Shown: piece after piece, positions 10,084 through 18,583 of the stretch | Position numbering within the stretch: position 1 is the first letter of the stretch | Layout of the letters: each line of letters opens with the position of its first letter | NCBI GenBank assembly: GCA_045659785.1 | Contig: JAZRCM010000011.1 | Span: forward strand, 4,902-68,901 | DNA from: Alphaproteobacteria bacterium | Lineage (GTDB): Bacteria > Pseudomonadota > Alphaproteobacteria > RF32 > CAG-239 | Length of the DNA stretch: 64,000 nt | Direction: 5' to 3' | Notes under the pieces: generated by a model | Seen by the model: only the letters and a program-made list of their open reading frames with translations | What the model was told of the DNA's origin: nothing | Database searches by the model: none | Made by a program: the position numbers and the translations under genes

Positions 10084-10629
10084 ATGAAAAAGTTTTTTGT
10101 ACTTTTCGTGATGATGTTTTCGGTGATTGCATCATCATCTGCACAGTCAAAGTGGATTGAGGATTCAGATTGGAAGTTGCACGTTGCTCCTACCGTTTAT
10201 GGCGGATACAACTGCTTGGAGAATGCTCCGATTGCCGGAGTGGCCGTTCCTATCTATGTCAACTTTATCCGTGCCGAGCTTGACTTTGGGTATACTTATC
10301 TCAACACATACCTCGGTCACAAGGATTTTATGACATTCTCACCATCTATTGGTGTGCAGTATGGCAACAAGGTTCGTGGATATGCGATGTACGGATGGAC
10401 AACTTGGGCAAATATTACCAAGGTAGGAGCTCCGAACAGTAAATGTCCTACGGACCGTTTCTACTCTGACCTTTTCCACCACAAGATTAAGGGCGGTGTA
10501 GAGGTTATCCTGACGAAGAAGCTTTTCCTCAATGCGGAGGTTGGCTATGTCTTCTCTAGGGAGAGTAGTACCTACTATGAGAATTTCAGCAACTTGTCAC
10601 TCCGTGCGGGTCTAGGTTGGAGATTCTAA
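10084..10629 (+). CDS. Small outer-membrane beta-barrel protein, paralog 2
   Basis: Signal peptide MKKFFVLFVMMFSVIASSSAQ. Shares WxxHVAPTVYGGYNCLE, FIRAE, KKLFLNAE[LV]GYV and GWRF blocks with paralog 1. Confidence 0.55.
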   Translation: MKKFFVLFVMMFSVIASSSAQSKWIEDSDWKLHVAPTVYGGYNCLENAPIAGVAVPIYVNFIRAELDFGYTYLNTYLGHKDFMTFSPSIGVQYGNKVRGYAMYGWTTWANITKVGAPNSKCPTDRFYSDLFHHKIKGGVEVILTKKLFLNAEVGYVFSRESSTYYENFSNLSLRAGLGWRF

Positions 10630-10650
10630 AAGGGTTTACCCTATAGTCGC

Positions 10651-10690
10651 ATGGCGTTGTTCACAGAACAGCGCCTTTCTTATTTTAAAA
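10651..10690 (+). terminator. Rho-independent terminator (ggcgttgttcacagaacagcgcc + T-rich tail)
   Basis: 9 bp stem with one G-U pair, followed by tttcttatttt. Confidence 0.4.
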
Positions 10691-10721
10691 AAGCAAAAAC
10701 TCCCGAAAGGGAGTTGATGAT

Positions 10722-10808
10722 TGGTGCTCTGGAAAGGACTTGGACCTTCACGGGAAAACTCCCATAAGTACCTGAAACTTACGTGTCTACCAATTCCACC
10801 ACCAGAGC
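10722..10808 (-). tRNA. tRNA-Leu (anticodon CAG), class II with long variable arm
   Basis: The reverse complement reads GCTCTGG-TG-GTG-GAATTGGTAGA-CAC-G-TAAGT-TTCAGGT-ACTTA-variable arm-GAAGG-TCCAAGT-CCTTT-CCAGAGC-ACCA. 7 bp acceptor stem, 3 bp D stem, anticodon loop TTCAGGT, encoded CCA. T-loop reads TCCAAGT (C at position 55 is unusual). A terminator hairpin (ctccctttcgggag plus T run) follows on the minus strand at about 10696-10718. Confidence 0.8.
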
Positions 10809-10948
10809 GATGACTTACAATTAATAAGAATTTTTTGTTGTTTAGTCAATAATAAAATTTAAAATGTCTTTTTTTTGTAACATAAAAATTGTTGAAAATA
10901 CGTTATCATAATTGGTATTATGTAAAGAAGATGATAATGGAGGGGAAA

Positions 10949-11932
10949 ATGTGTAAGTACATCAGAATAGTTGCGCTTTTATCTATGATGGCATTTGCTT
11001 CAAATACTTATGCCTCTGTTATCGAATCTTCAAAATATTCTAAAAATGAAACTTCTGAGGTATGGCAGGAAGTCAGCACCAATATATCAGAACTCAATGC
11101 ATTGATGCACCACTGCTCAAATCCGATAGAGGAAAACGGAGTTTATAAAGTTGCGGTTGACTTGAGTGCTGTCGGTGTAAGCTCAAAAGATGTTCAAGTA
11201 AAGGTGATTAAAGGTGGAACGATTGATACCTTGGTTGTGTTAGTTTTACAACGTAGAGATGACGGTGTTAATGTTATGTCTAGCTCAATATCTCTCTCAA
11301 AACCGGTTAACGAAAAAGGTATAGAAACAAAATTTGATGATGACGATAATTTGATAATTACAATCCCTATAAAATATAGTGCGCAGCTTATTGATGATGA
11401 AAAAGATATTAAAGTTTTGCCTGAACTCCGTGCAGCACAAGAAAAAATGCAACAGCTTCTCAATGTCGGAGTTGTATGGGACACAAGAGGATATGTTCGA
11501 GGGGAACCGATTGATGCGACTATGGCGCAAATTGATGTAAACGGTGTTTCATATACCAGAAGCAGTGATGCTTATGACTATAATATCATTATAAATTCGA
11601 TGAAAGATATTGTTATTTATGATTCTATGTCGAATCAAAAAGTTATTACTCCTAAAACTGATGATAAAATGTTTAAGACTTATCTTATCGGGACAGATAA
11701 GGAACTTTCACAGTATTATCAAGCCGGAATGAGAGAAATAAACGGCGAAAAATGTCGAGTATACAAAAGCGATATAGAAGGAGGAGAACTCTGTATCAGT
11801 GAAGATTGGGGTATTCCTATTTATCGTAAAAATACATTTTGGAAGTATGAACAAACAATCAGCAATATCGGTGTTGGCGGTATAAAAATGGGATGGTTTG
11901 ATATTCCGCAAGATGCGATAAACGGCAGATAA
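10949..11932 (+). CDS. Secreted hypothetical protein
   Basis: Start at the ATG preceded by a ggagggg RBS. Signal peptide MCKYIRIVALLSMMAFASNTYA. No recognisable domain. AT-rich like the host. Confidence 0.5.
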   Translation: MCKYIRIVALLSMMAFASNTYASVIESSKYSKNETSEVWQEVSTNISELNALMHHCSNPIEENGVYKVAVDLSAVGVSSKDVQVKVIKGGTIDTLVVLVLQRRDDGVNVMSSSISLSKPVNEKGIETKFDDDDNLIITIPIKYSAQLIDDEKDIKVLPELRAAQEKMQQLLNVGVVWDTRGYVRGEPIDATMAQIDVNGVSYTRSSDAYDYNIIINSMKDIVIYDSMSNQKVITPKTDDKMFKTYLIGTDKELSQYYQAGMREINGEKCRVYKSDIEGGELCISEDWGIPIYRKNTFWKYEQTISNIGVGGIKMGWFDIPQDAINGR

Positions 11933-12001
11933 AAACCTTTACTTTTATATAAAAATCGTATATAAGATAATTTATCAGAAACACTATTAATCTTATATAT
12001 T

Positions 12002-12517
12002 ATGGAATTTACATTAACCCAACTGGAGCAATCCGGTTTGAGAGTTTTGCTTGAAGTCAAAGGCTCTCATAAGTTTGGCAGAAAGGTTGCTGATTTTATT
12101 CAGGACATTTATCTGCAGCAAGTTACTTTCTTTGACGTTCCGGTCAATTATGACGGAGTAAATGCTGTATCGGTCGCCCAAATTGATCCGCAAACCTTAA
12201 GGATGGTAATGTGGAAGTATTTTAAGAGTGTGCGTTCCGAGAGCAAGTATGTTCCGGACGAGGCCCTCTTGAGAAAAATTGAAAAGCTTTTTGCTTTTCG
12301 TGATAGCTGTGACAATCACCTTGAGTATTATCGTGAAAATAAGCGAGGCTCATGGTATTCTAATTGGCGTAAGCGCAGAATTATCAATAGGTATTTGCGT
12401 AGAGCGGATATGGAGTTGACTGTGCAGGATCTGTGGTCGGTGCTGATTGCTTTCTATGTTCGTAGCGGTTTCGGAACCGTTGAGGATTTTAAGGAAGCCG
12501 TTCATCATCTGAACTAG
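12002..12517 (+). CDS. Hypothetical protein (paralog A of a two-member family), higher G+C
   Basis: 171 aa. Shares a C-terminal HLE[YF]Y...R/K-rich...hydrophobic block with the next gene. Confidence 0.45.
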   Translation: MEFTLTQLEQSGLRVLLEVKGSHKFGRKVADFIQDIYLQQVTFFDVPVNYDGVNAVSVAQIDPQTLRMVMWKYFKSVRSESKYVPDEALLRKIEKLFAFRDSCDNHLEYYRENKRGSWYSNWRKRRIINRYLRRADMELTVQDLWSVLIAFYVRSGFGTVEDFKEAVHHLN

Positions 12518-12628
12518 TTTTTCATTAAAAATTTTATGGCGAGGAATAATAATTCTTCGCCATTTTTTTATTTGACAATTTTTGTCTATAATGCTAAATT
12601 GTTTTCATAGACTAAATTTTTATGGCTT

Positions 12629-13093
12629 ATGATATACGATAAAATTTGTTGCTTCCATGATGTTGCAAACATTATGAGCATTGAAAACAGACAGCAATTT
12701 CTTGCCAATTTGATGAACTTTTTTTATGAATCTTTAGACCAACTGAATATGATGGATTGTGATGTCCACACAGCTGATCAGAAAGATTTTGAATTCAAAT
12801 TGTTTTTGCAGATGGTTCCGCTCAATTACAATGTGCCGAACCTCCGCAAGTTGCAAGATGATGTAAAGATGGATGAGATTTATGATCGTCATCTCGAGTT
12901 CTACAAGGCAAATATCTTCAACCGATTTAAGTATCGTGAGATTATTCGCCACCTTGAGTATCGTAAACTGAGAATGAACAGAGTTTTGAGTATCAGCGAG
13001 GTTTTTGAACTTGCCGCTTCTCACTACTTCCAGCAAAACTGGGGAGATGCTCAGACACTCAAGAGAGATTTGGAGATACTTACTATCAAGTAA
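12629..13093 (+). CDS. Hypothetical protein (paralog B)
   Basis: 154 aa. DRHLEFYKANIFNRFKYREIIRHLEYRKLRMNR block is similar to paralog A. Preceded by its own promoter-like region and followed by a terminator. Confidence 0.45.
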   Translation: MIYDKICCFHDVANIMSIENRQQFLANLMNFFYESLDQLNMMDCDVHTADQKDFEFKLFLQMVPLNYNVPNLRKLQDDVKMDEIYDRHLEFYKANIFNRFKYREIIRHLEYRKLRMNRVLSISEVFELAASHYFQQNWGDAQTLKRDLEILTIK

Positions 13094-13111
13094 ATCTCTT
13101 GTCAGAAAAAT

Positions 13112-13150
13112 TAAAGGAGAAAGCTTTATGCTTTCTCCTTTGTTTTTTTT
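13112..13150. terminator. Bidirectional terminator hairpin (aaggagaaagc...gctttctcctt + T run)
   Basis: 11 bp stem between convergent genes. Confidence 0.5.
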
Positions 13151-14621
13151 AGCTAATATTAACAATTCCTCGTGAAAAGGCATATATAGCCCATAAGGCA
13201 ATTACAATCAACAAACAAGCGAGAGCCGCTTCTCCTACCGTAAATGCTTTTTCGTTAGGGGAAGATTGTTTGCGAGCCCATACGAAAACCGGTATTCCGG
13301 CAGCCATAAATATTACGGCCATCAACAGATAGTTCAATCCTGCTGCATAAATAAGCCACAAAGCATAAATTGAACCGATAATTCCGGAGATTAGTGCAAC
13401 CGAGCGTTTGATATAAATGCCCACCGGATATTCTCCATCTTCACATATTTTCCATAAATAAGCACAGCTTGAAAAATATGCCGGTAAAACCATTACACCG
13501 GTAATACTTAACATTGTGTTCCAGGCGTTATTTGAAAAATATACCAATAAAATAAACAACTGCATCATAATACTTGTAATCCATAATGATGTAGATGGAG
13601 CGCCATATTTGTTTTCGGTTGCAAATTGTTTTGGGAAGGTTCCGTTAGATGCGGCGGCTTGCGGAATTTGAGCCGTAATCATAGTCCAAGCCAACCAACT
13701 GGTTAATACCGAAATCAACAATCCGATATTCATTAACCATGCTCCCCATTTGCCGACAACTTTTTCTAAGATTCCGGCAGTTGAGGGATTGGCAACATCC
13801 GCTAATTCAGCTTGTGACATAAAGCCGTAAGGTAAAACCGAAAGCAAAATATAGATACCCAAACAGCCTAAAAATCCCAATAATGTTGCTCTTCCCACTG
13901 TTTTTGGGCTTTTTGCGTGCTGTGATAAAACAACGGCTCCTTCTATACCGATAAATGCCCACAAGGTTACAAGCATCGTACTTTTAATTTGTGTACTTAA
14001 ACCTCCTAAATGTTTGCTGTTTTCTCCCCAGAAATCAAATTCAAATTTATCGAGATGAAAAACAAACATTGAGATTATGATAAACAAAATTAACGGAACG
14101 ATTTTAGCGATTGTTCCGATGGTATTAATCAGAGTTGCTTGTTTTAAGCCGCGCAAAACCAAAAAATTAAATCCCCAAATCAGGATTGAACCGCCGATAA
14201 TCGATGCAAGATTGTTTCCTCCGGCAAAATATGGCGGAAAGAAATAATTTAGTGCATCCATTGTAATAACTGCATATCCGACATTTCCGCATATTTGACA
14301 CAGCCAATATGACCACCCGATAGTAAAACCGACATAAGGGCCGAAACCTTCTCTGCTATACATGTAGATTCCGGCTGTTAAATCCGGTTTTGCCGCAGAT
14401 AAAATGCGAAATGTGTTAGCGATAAAATATACTCCGAAACCGGTGATTGCCCAAGATAAAATTACGGCACCGACAGATGCTCCGGCAGCCATATTTTGCG
14501 GTAAGGAGTATATTCCTCCGCCAATCATTGAACTCACAACAATAGCGGCAAGGGCTAAAACACCTAATCCTCCGCTGTTTGCTGATTTATTATTTAAATT
14601 TGTTTTATTGTTATCAGTCAT
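13149..14621 (-). CDS. APC-superfamily basic amino acid/amine antiporter (AaxC/ArcD-like arginine:agmatine exchanger)
   Basis: About 490 aa, 12-13 TM helices, GGGIYSLPQNMA and FGPYVGFTIGWSYW motifs of the APA/ArcD-type antiporters. Start set at the ATG with a gagga RBS; the ORF track's 14669 start is a TTG. Confidence 0.75.
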   Translation of the reverse strand: MTDNNKTNLNNKSANSGGLGVLALAAIVVSSMIGGGIYSLPQNMAAGASVGAVILSWAITGFGVYFIANTFRILSAAKPDLTAGIYMYSREGFGPYVGFTIGWSYWLCQICGNVGYAVITMDALNYFFPPYFAGGNNLASIIGGSILIWGFNFLVLRGLKQATLINTIGTIAKIVPLILFIIISMFVFHLDKFEFDFWGENSKHLGGLSTQIKSTMLVTLWAFIGIEGAVVLSQHAKSPKTVGRATLLGFLGCLGIYILLSVLPYGFMSQAELADVANPSTAGILEKVVGKWGAWLMNIGLLISVLTSWLAWTMITAQIPQAAASNGTFPKQFATENKYGAPSTSLWITSIMMQLFILLVYFSNNAWNTMLSITGVMVLPAYFSSCAYLWKICEDGEYPVGIYIKRSVALISGIIGSIYALWLIYAAGLNYLLMAVIFMAAGIPVFVWARKQSSPNEKAFTVGEAALACLLIVIALWAIYAFSRGIVNIS

Positions 14622-14751
14622 CTTATAATCCTCATAAAATGATGTTGCTAACGAAAGGAGGCGAAGCAACCTTTACAGATTGTTCCGCCTCTCGTTCGGC
14701 ATTGGTTTCTCAAAATTTTTGAAAATATCAAAAACTGCTATCGAAACCAAT

Positions 14752-15336
14752 TTATGCTACCGTTACAGGGGCTGCATGCTCAAAGTTTAGGAAACCTAAA
14801 CAGGTTAAGCAGTAACCGAATTGTTGGGTTATATTTATATAATTATGGAAGAGCTGGAATTCTGAGTGTTTTGTAACACCTCTGATTTCAAGCTCGTGAT
14901 TCAACGATTTGTTGAGCCACATTTCACAATGCGTGCGAGCAATATCGTCATCGATGAAAGTATCAAAATATTCGACATATTCTGCTGCCCATCCTCCGAT
15001 AAGTTCGCCTTTTGCATCTCTTCCCCAACAAATTCCTACACCGGTGGCAATAGCTTTATGTTCGTCACGGCTTGCACCGTTTCCGGCCATAATAACTTCT
15101 AAAACCGCACCATGTTTGAAATGGTTGACAACTTTGTCAACAGGTACAATGTTGCCATATAATTCTTTCGGCAAAACCGATGTGTACGGAACAATATTAA
15201 AGTTTTCGATTTTTGCTTGTAAAAGAGCCGAGTCATAACAGAAGGTTTCAAACGGCTGTGGGGGAATGCCAACATCAGACTGTCCTGCACCACCGGTTTG
15301 AAAAGCTAAAGTAGGATAACGAACACCTTCGGTCAT
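14752..15336 (-). CDS. pdaD: Pyruvoyl-dependent arginine decarboxylase (PdaD/AaxB family)
   Basis: About 194 aa from the ATG with a perfect aaggag RBS. NIVPYT|SVLPKE matches the Thr/Ser-Ser self-cleavage site that generates the pyruvoyl group in PdaD/AaxB. Size matches this family, not the pyruvoyl histidine decarboxylases (about 310 aa). Confidence 0.7.
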   Translation of the reverse strand: MTEGVRYPTLAFQTGGAGQSDVGIPPQPFETFCYDSALLQAKIENFNIVPYTSVLPKELYGNIVPVDKVVNHFKHGAVLEVIMAGNGASRDEHKAIATGVGICWGRDAKGELIGGWAAEYVEYFDTFIDDDIARTHCEMWLNKSLNHELEIRGVTKHSEFQLFHNYINITQQFGYCLTCLGFLNFEHAAPVTVA

Positions 15337-15495
15337 ATTTTTTCTCCTTATTAAATTTTTTTTTGAATACAAACAAAAATTAATTACGGATAGTAAAATT
15401 TCAACCGAACCTATACTAATTGCATAGTCATATCTTTTTATTTTCTAAATAGTGAATATATAAGTTTTGTTTGAAATAACTTTAGGGGAATTGAA

Positions 15496-16704
15496 ATGAA
15501 TAAAACTTTAGGATTTTTATTGTTATCCGGTTTGATGGTGTTTTCATCTTCCGTATATGCAGGAGCAAATAAAGGGGCTGTCAAACGAGGAGAAGCTGCA
15601 CAAGAAAGACATAATTGGAGTTTTAGTGAGTTTGGTAATGACTATGCCGAATTTAAAAATAAGCTGAATAAAGATTATGGTTTTAATTATGCGGTAGATG
15701 TTTCTTTTATGCCACAAAGAGGTGCTCCTAACGGAGACAAAACCGCATGGCAAACTATGATTTATCCGAGTTTCAGTTGGACTACATTTAATAATGAATA
15801 CGGAACCGGAACATTGAATTTTGCGTATAATATTGTTCGTTATGGTGGTTCTTCCGCTTCTCGAATCGGTAATAATATCGGTGTAGTCAGCGGAATTAAT
15901 GATTATGCAACAAAATCAAATTCTTTTGATGAACTTTATTATACTTATCAATTTGGAGGTAAAGCAGATTGGCTTACTTTAGCACTGGGTCAATTTCCGA
16001 TTTATAATTTTGACGGAACAGATTATGACTCAAATCAACAGGTTAATTTTATAAATTTTGCCTTATCACAAAATGCCAGCTCAACTTATCCGACTGCAGG
16101 TGTAGGAACTTATGTTCAAATTACACCTAATGATGAGTGGAGTTTTGTATTAGGTGGACAAGATGCAAGTAATGTTGAAGCTATAAGTGTTCGAGTTAAT
16201 GATTTGAAAGATAAACATTTTACAAGTTTTGCTTATGCTTCATATACACCGACGATAAAAAAATTAGGACAAAGCGAAATTTCGGTTTTGTTATACAATC
16301 AACCCGGAGTTAAAGAGCAACCGGAAACAACAAACGGTTGGTCGTTGAATATAAGTCAAAATATCGGTGAGAAGTTTGCTATCTTTGGTAGAGTAAACGG
16401 TGTTTCGGGCAATACTGCCGAAATAAATCAGTCATGGGTGTTAGGCGGAGTTTATAACAATCCGCTAAACCGAAATCCGCTTGACCAAATCGGGCTAGCT
16501 TTTGCGTATAATAAAGTTGATGAAAAAGCAGTCGGAAGCAACTTATCAAGTTCAGCAGAAAAAGTTATCGAAGCTTATTGGGCATGGGGAATTTCAAAAT
16601 GGGCAACGATAACACCGGATATTCAATTTTATATTGATCCCGCTCAAAACTCAAAATCCGATTACGGAACAGTATTGTCGCTTCGTGCAACATTATTTTT
16701 CTGA
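15496..16704 (+). CDS. Outer-membrane porin, OprB/AaxA-like
   Basis: Signal peptide MNKTLGFLLLSGLMVFSSSVYA. About 380-aa mature beta-barrel with alternating-hydrophobic strands. C-terminal ...LRATLFF aromatic terminus. Divergently transcribed from the decarboxylase-antiporter pair. Confidence 0.6.
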   Translation: MNKTLGFLLLSGLMVFSSSVYAGANKGAVKRGEAAQERHNWSFSEFGNDYAEFKNKLNKDYGFNYAVDVSFMPQRGAPNGDKTAWQTMIYPSFSWTTFNNEYGTGTLNFAYNIVRYGGSSASRIGNNIGVVSGINDYATKSNSFDELYYTYQFGGKADWLTLALGQFPIYNFDGTDYDSNQQVNFINFALSQNASSTYPTAGVGTYVQITPNDEWSFVLGGQDASNVEAISVRVNDLKDKHFTSFAYASYTPTIKKLGQSEISVLLYNQPGVKEQPETTNGWSLNISQNIGEKFAIFGRVNGVSGNTAEINQSWVLGGVYNNPLNRNPLDQIGLAFAYNKVDEKAVGSNLSSSAEKVIEAYWAWGISKWATITPDIQFYIDPAQNSKSDYGTVLSLRATLFF

Positions 16705-16726
16705 TATAGATGTAGAGGTTGTCGCA

Positions 16727-17854
16727 CTAGACTCTGTTTCTGGTGCGACGACGGGTATCTACTGAAGCTAACATCGGAGACTGTTTTACAATATTATGAT
16801 TTTTTCTGTTTTTATCAGTAAAATCATCAATAAAAATTTCTCTCATTTGTGCATTTTCTTCCGCTTTTGCTAGCAACATAGGGCTGATTTCATGGGGGGT
16901 AACTTCTTGAATAGGGGCTTGAATATCCATACCTGCCGATAAATAGTCTTTAATTTGACGAGCTTGTTCAATCGGTAAAATGGTATCTATATTTTCCCAA
17001 TCACCATTAATTAAATTTTCTCTTTCCAAATTTTGCATAATAGCTTTTTTGGTTAATTTTTTCATATGAATAACGATTGCGGTCGAATTTTTTAGCTCTC
17101 TAATACCGTCAATGTTAAAATTTAAGCAATAATGTTTTCCGTTAGTTTTTCCCAAATATTGACGGGCATGTCGGTCACCGTTACTGTTTCTGACCGTAAG
17201 TATAATATCTCCAGGCTCAAGATTGTTATAATTTATACGACCTGATTCCATGCAGTCTTTATATCCTTTTTGTCGTAAATATTCGGCAAAAGCATTGCAG
17301 CCGTTAGCATAACGACATTCTGAACTGTTAGGATCGGGTAAGACGTGAGATAAATCTCCGCCATAAGAATTTGCATCAATCAACGCTCGGTTTAATGCGG
17401 TAATACAATATGGGGTAGTTCCGGGAAGACCACGAACGGGAGAAACAACATCAAAAAAGTTTTCTTTTACATATTTTGTTTTGTTTCCGCAACTTTGGAG
17501 TGCTTCCAAATGATATTTTGCCGACTCTAAAAATTTTGAAATGAACCAATCAGCCCTTCTTTCTACTTCGGCATTTATGTTGAAAACAACCTTTCTTTCA
17601 TAGGCCAACAAATCGTCAGAAGGTTGGTCAAGCATTATGTTATGAGCTAACATTTCGGTATTATCTGGAATGTAATCAGATTGAACAGGATTGGGTGTTT
17701 GTGCCTGAACGTTAGAAATATTAAGAGCCACAGATGCAACGGTAGGCAGCAAAATCTTGCTTCCGGCTTTGATTATTCCATAGCGTTTAACGTAATATTT
17801 TAATTTATTGAGACGCACGAGGGCGGCTGTTTTCTGATTTTTTTTGTTCATCAT
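16727..17854 (-). CDS. Hypothetical protein (possible Cys/His hydrolase)
   Basis: 375 aa with an N-terminal hydrophobic segment. Conserved-looking Cys (TPYCITALNRAL) and His (GDRHARQY) residues. No confident family assignment. Confidence 0.45.
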   Translation of the reverse strand: MMNKKNQKTAALVRLNKLKYYVKRYGIIKAGSKILLPTVASVALNISNVQAQTPNPVQSDYIPDNTEMLAHNIMLDQPSDDLLAYERKVVFNINAEVERRADWFISKFLESAKYHLEALQSCGNKTKYVKENFFDVVSPVRGLPGTTPYCITALNRALIDANSYGGDLSHVLPDPNSSECRYANGCNAFAEYLRQKGYKDCMESGRINYNNLEPGDIILTVRNSNGDRHARQYLGKTNGKHYCLNFNIDGIRELKNSTAIVIHMKKLTKKAIMQNLERENLINGDWENIDTILPIEQARQIKDYLSAGMDIQAPIQEVTPHEISPMLLAKAEENAQMREIFIDDFTDKNRKNHNIVKQSPMLASVDTRRRTRNRV

Positions 17855-18007
17855 TCCCCCTAATTCTTACTTACGGGCGAATTATATACCAAAATGATTG
17901 TTATGTCATTAAAAAATTTTGATAAAAAATGCTTTTTTTCTTTACAAATTTTAGTGTTTGGAAGTAAATTGCATTAACAATGGTTTTTATTTTTTTGAAG
18001 ATAAAAG

Positions 18008-18571
18008 ATGAATAATATTTTTACAAAAACTATACTGATTACTCTTGCCACAGTTTTGATGTGTGCGTGCGCAAACAAAGAAGTTCGTCCCGCGATTGTT
18101 CCGGGAGTTGAAATTAAACGAGAAGAACCTAAGAAAGTCGAACCGATTAAGACTAAAACTCATAAACTGGGAGTTATCGGAGCGATTGAACCGATATATT
18201 TCTTGCCCATGAAAACCCCGTTTAATGCCCGAATTGATACCGGAGCAGAAACATCTGCCGTTGATGTTGAAAATTTAGAATATTTTGAAAGAGACGGGGA
18301 AAAGTGGGTTTCTTTTGATTTGATAAACAGATTAAATAATGAAACACATCATTTTGAAAAGAAAATATATCGCAATCAAAAAGTAAAACGTTCAGAAGGC
18401 AGGGAAGAAAGGTTAGTGGTTTTGATGCAGGTAAAGTTCGGCGGAGAAATTATTAATGCTCAATTCAGCCTTTCGGACAGAGATAAATTCAAATATCAAG
18501 GTTTGGTCGGACGCAACATAATTACCGGTCGAGCGATTGTAGATACAGCAATAAGTAATACACTAAAATAG
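18008..18571 (+). CDS. Retropepsin-like aspartyl peptidase lipoprotein (the family mis-named 'ATP-dependent Zn protease', RimK-associated)
   Basis: Lipoprotein signal ...VLMCACANKE. IDTGAETSAVD D-T/S-G active-site motif. Second half-barrel with GRNIITGRAIVD. Confidence 0.65.
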   Translation: MNNIFTKTILITLATVLMCACANKEVRPAIVPGVEIKREEPKKVEPIKTKTHKLGVIGAIEPIYFLPMKTPFNARIDTGAETSAVDVENLEYFERDGEKWVSFDLINRLNNETHHFEKKIYRNQKVKRSEGREERLVVLMQVKFGGEIINAQFSLSDRDKFKYQGLVGRNIITGRAIVDTAISNTLK

Positions 18572-18583
18572 TCAGGAAAACTA

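Noticed and set aside
14640-14700. Imperfect hairpin (cgaaaggaggcg ... cgcctctcgttcg) between the decarboxylase and antiporter genes, considered as an attenuator or riboswitch-like leader
   Set aside because: The stem is short and imperfect. The region also contains the antiporter RBS. No conserved riboswitch core could be recognised by eye. It may just be an intercistronic structure.
14752-15372. Initial idea that this is a pyruvoyl-dependent histidine decarboxylase (HdcA) paired with a histidine/histamine antiporter
   Set aside because: The protein is only ~194 aa from the RBS-supported start and has a Thr-Ser processing site like PdaD/AaxB. HdcA proenzymes are ~310 aa with a Ser-Ser site around residue 81-82. 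Arginine decarboxylase is the better fit.
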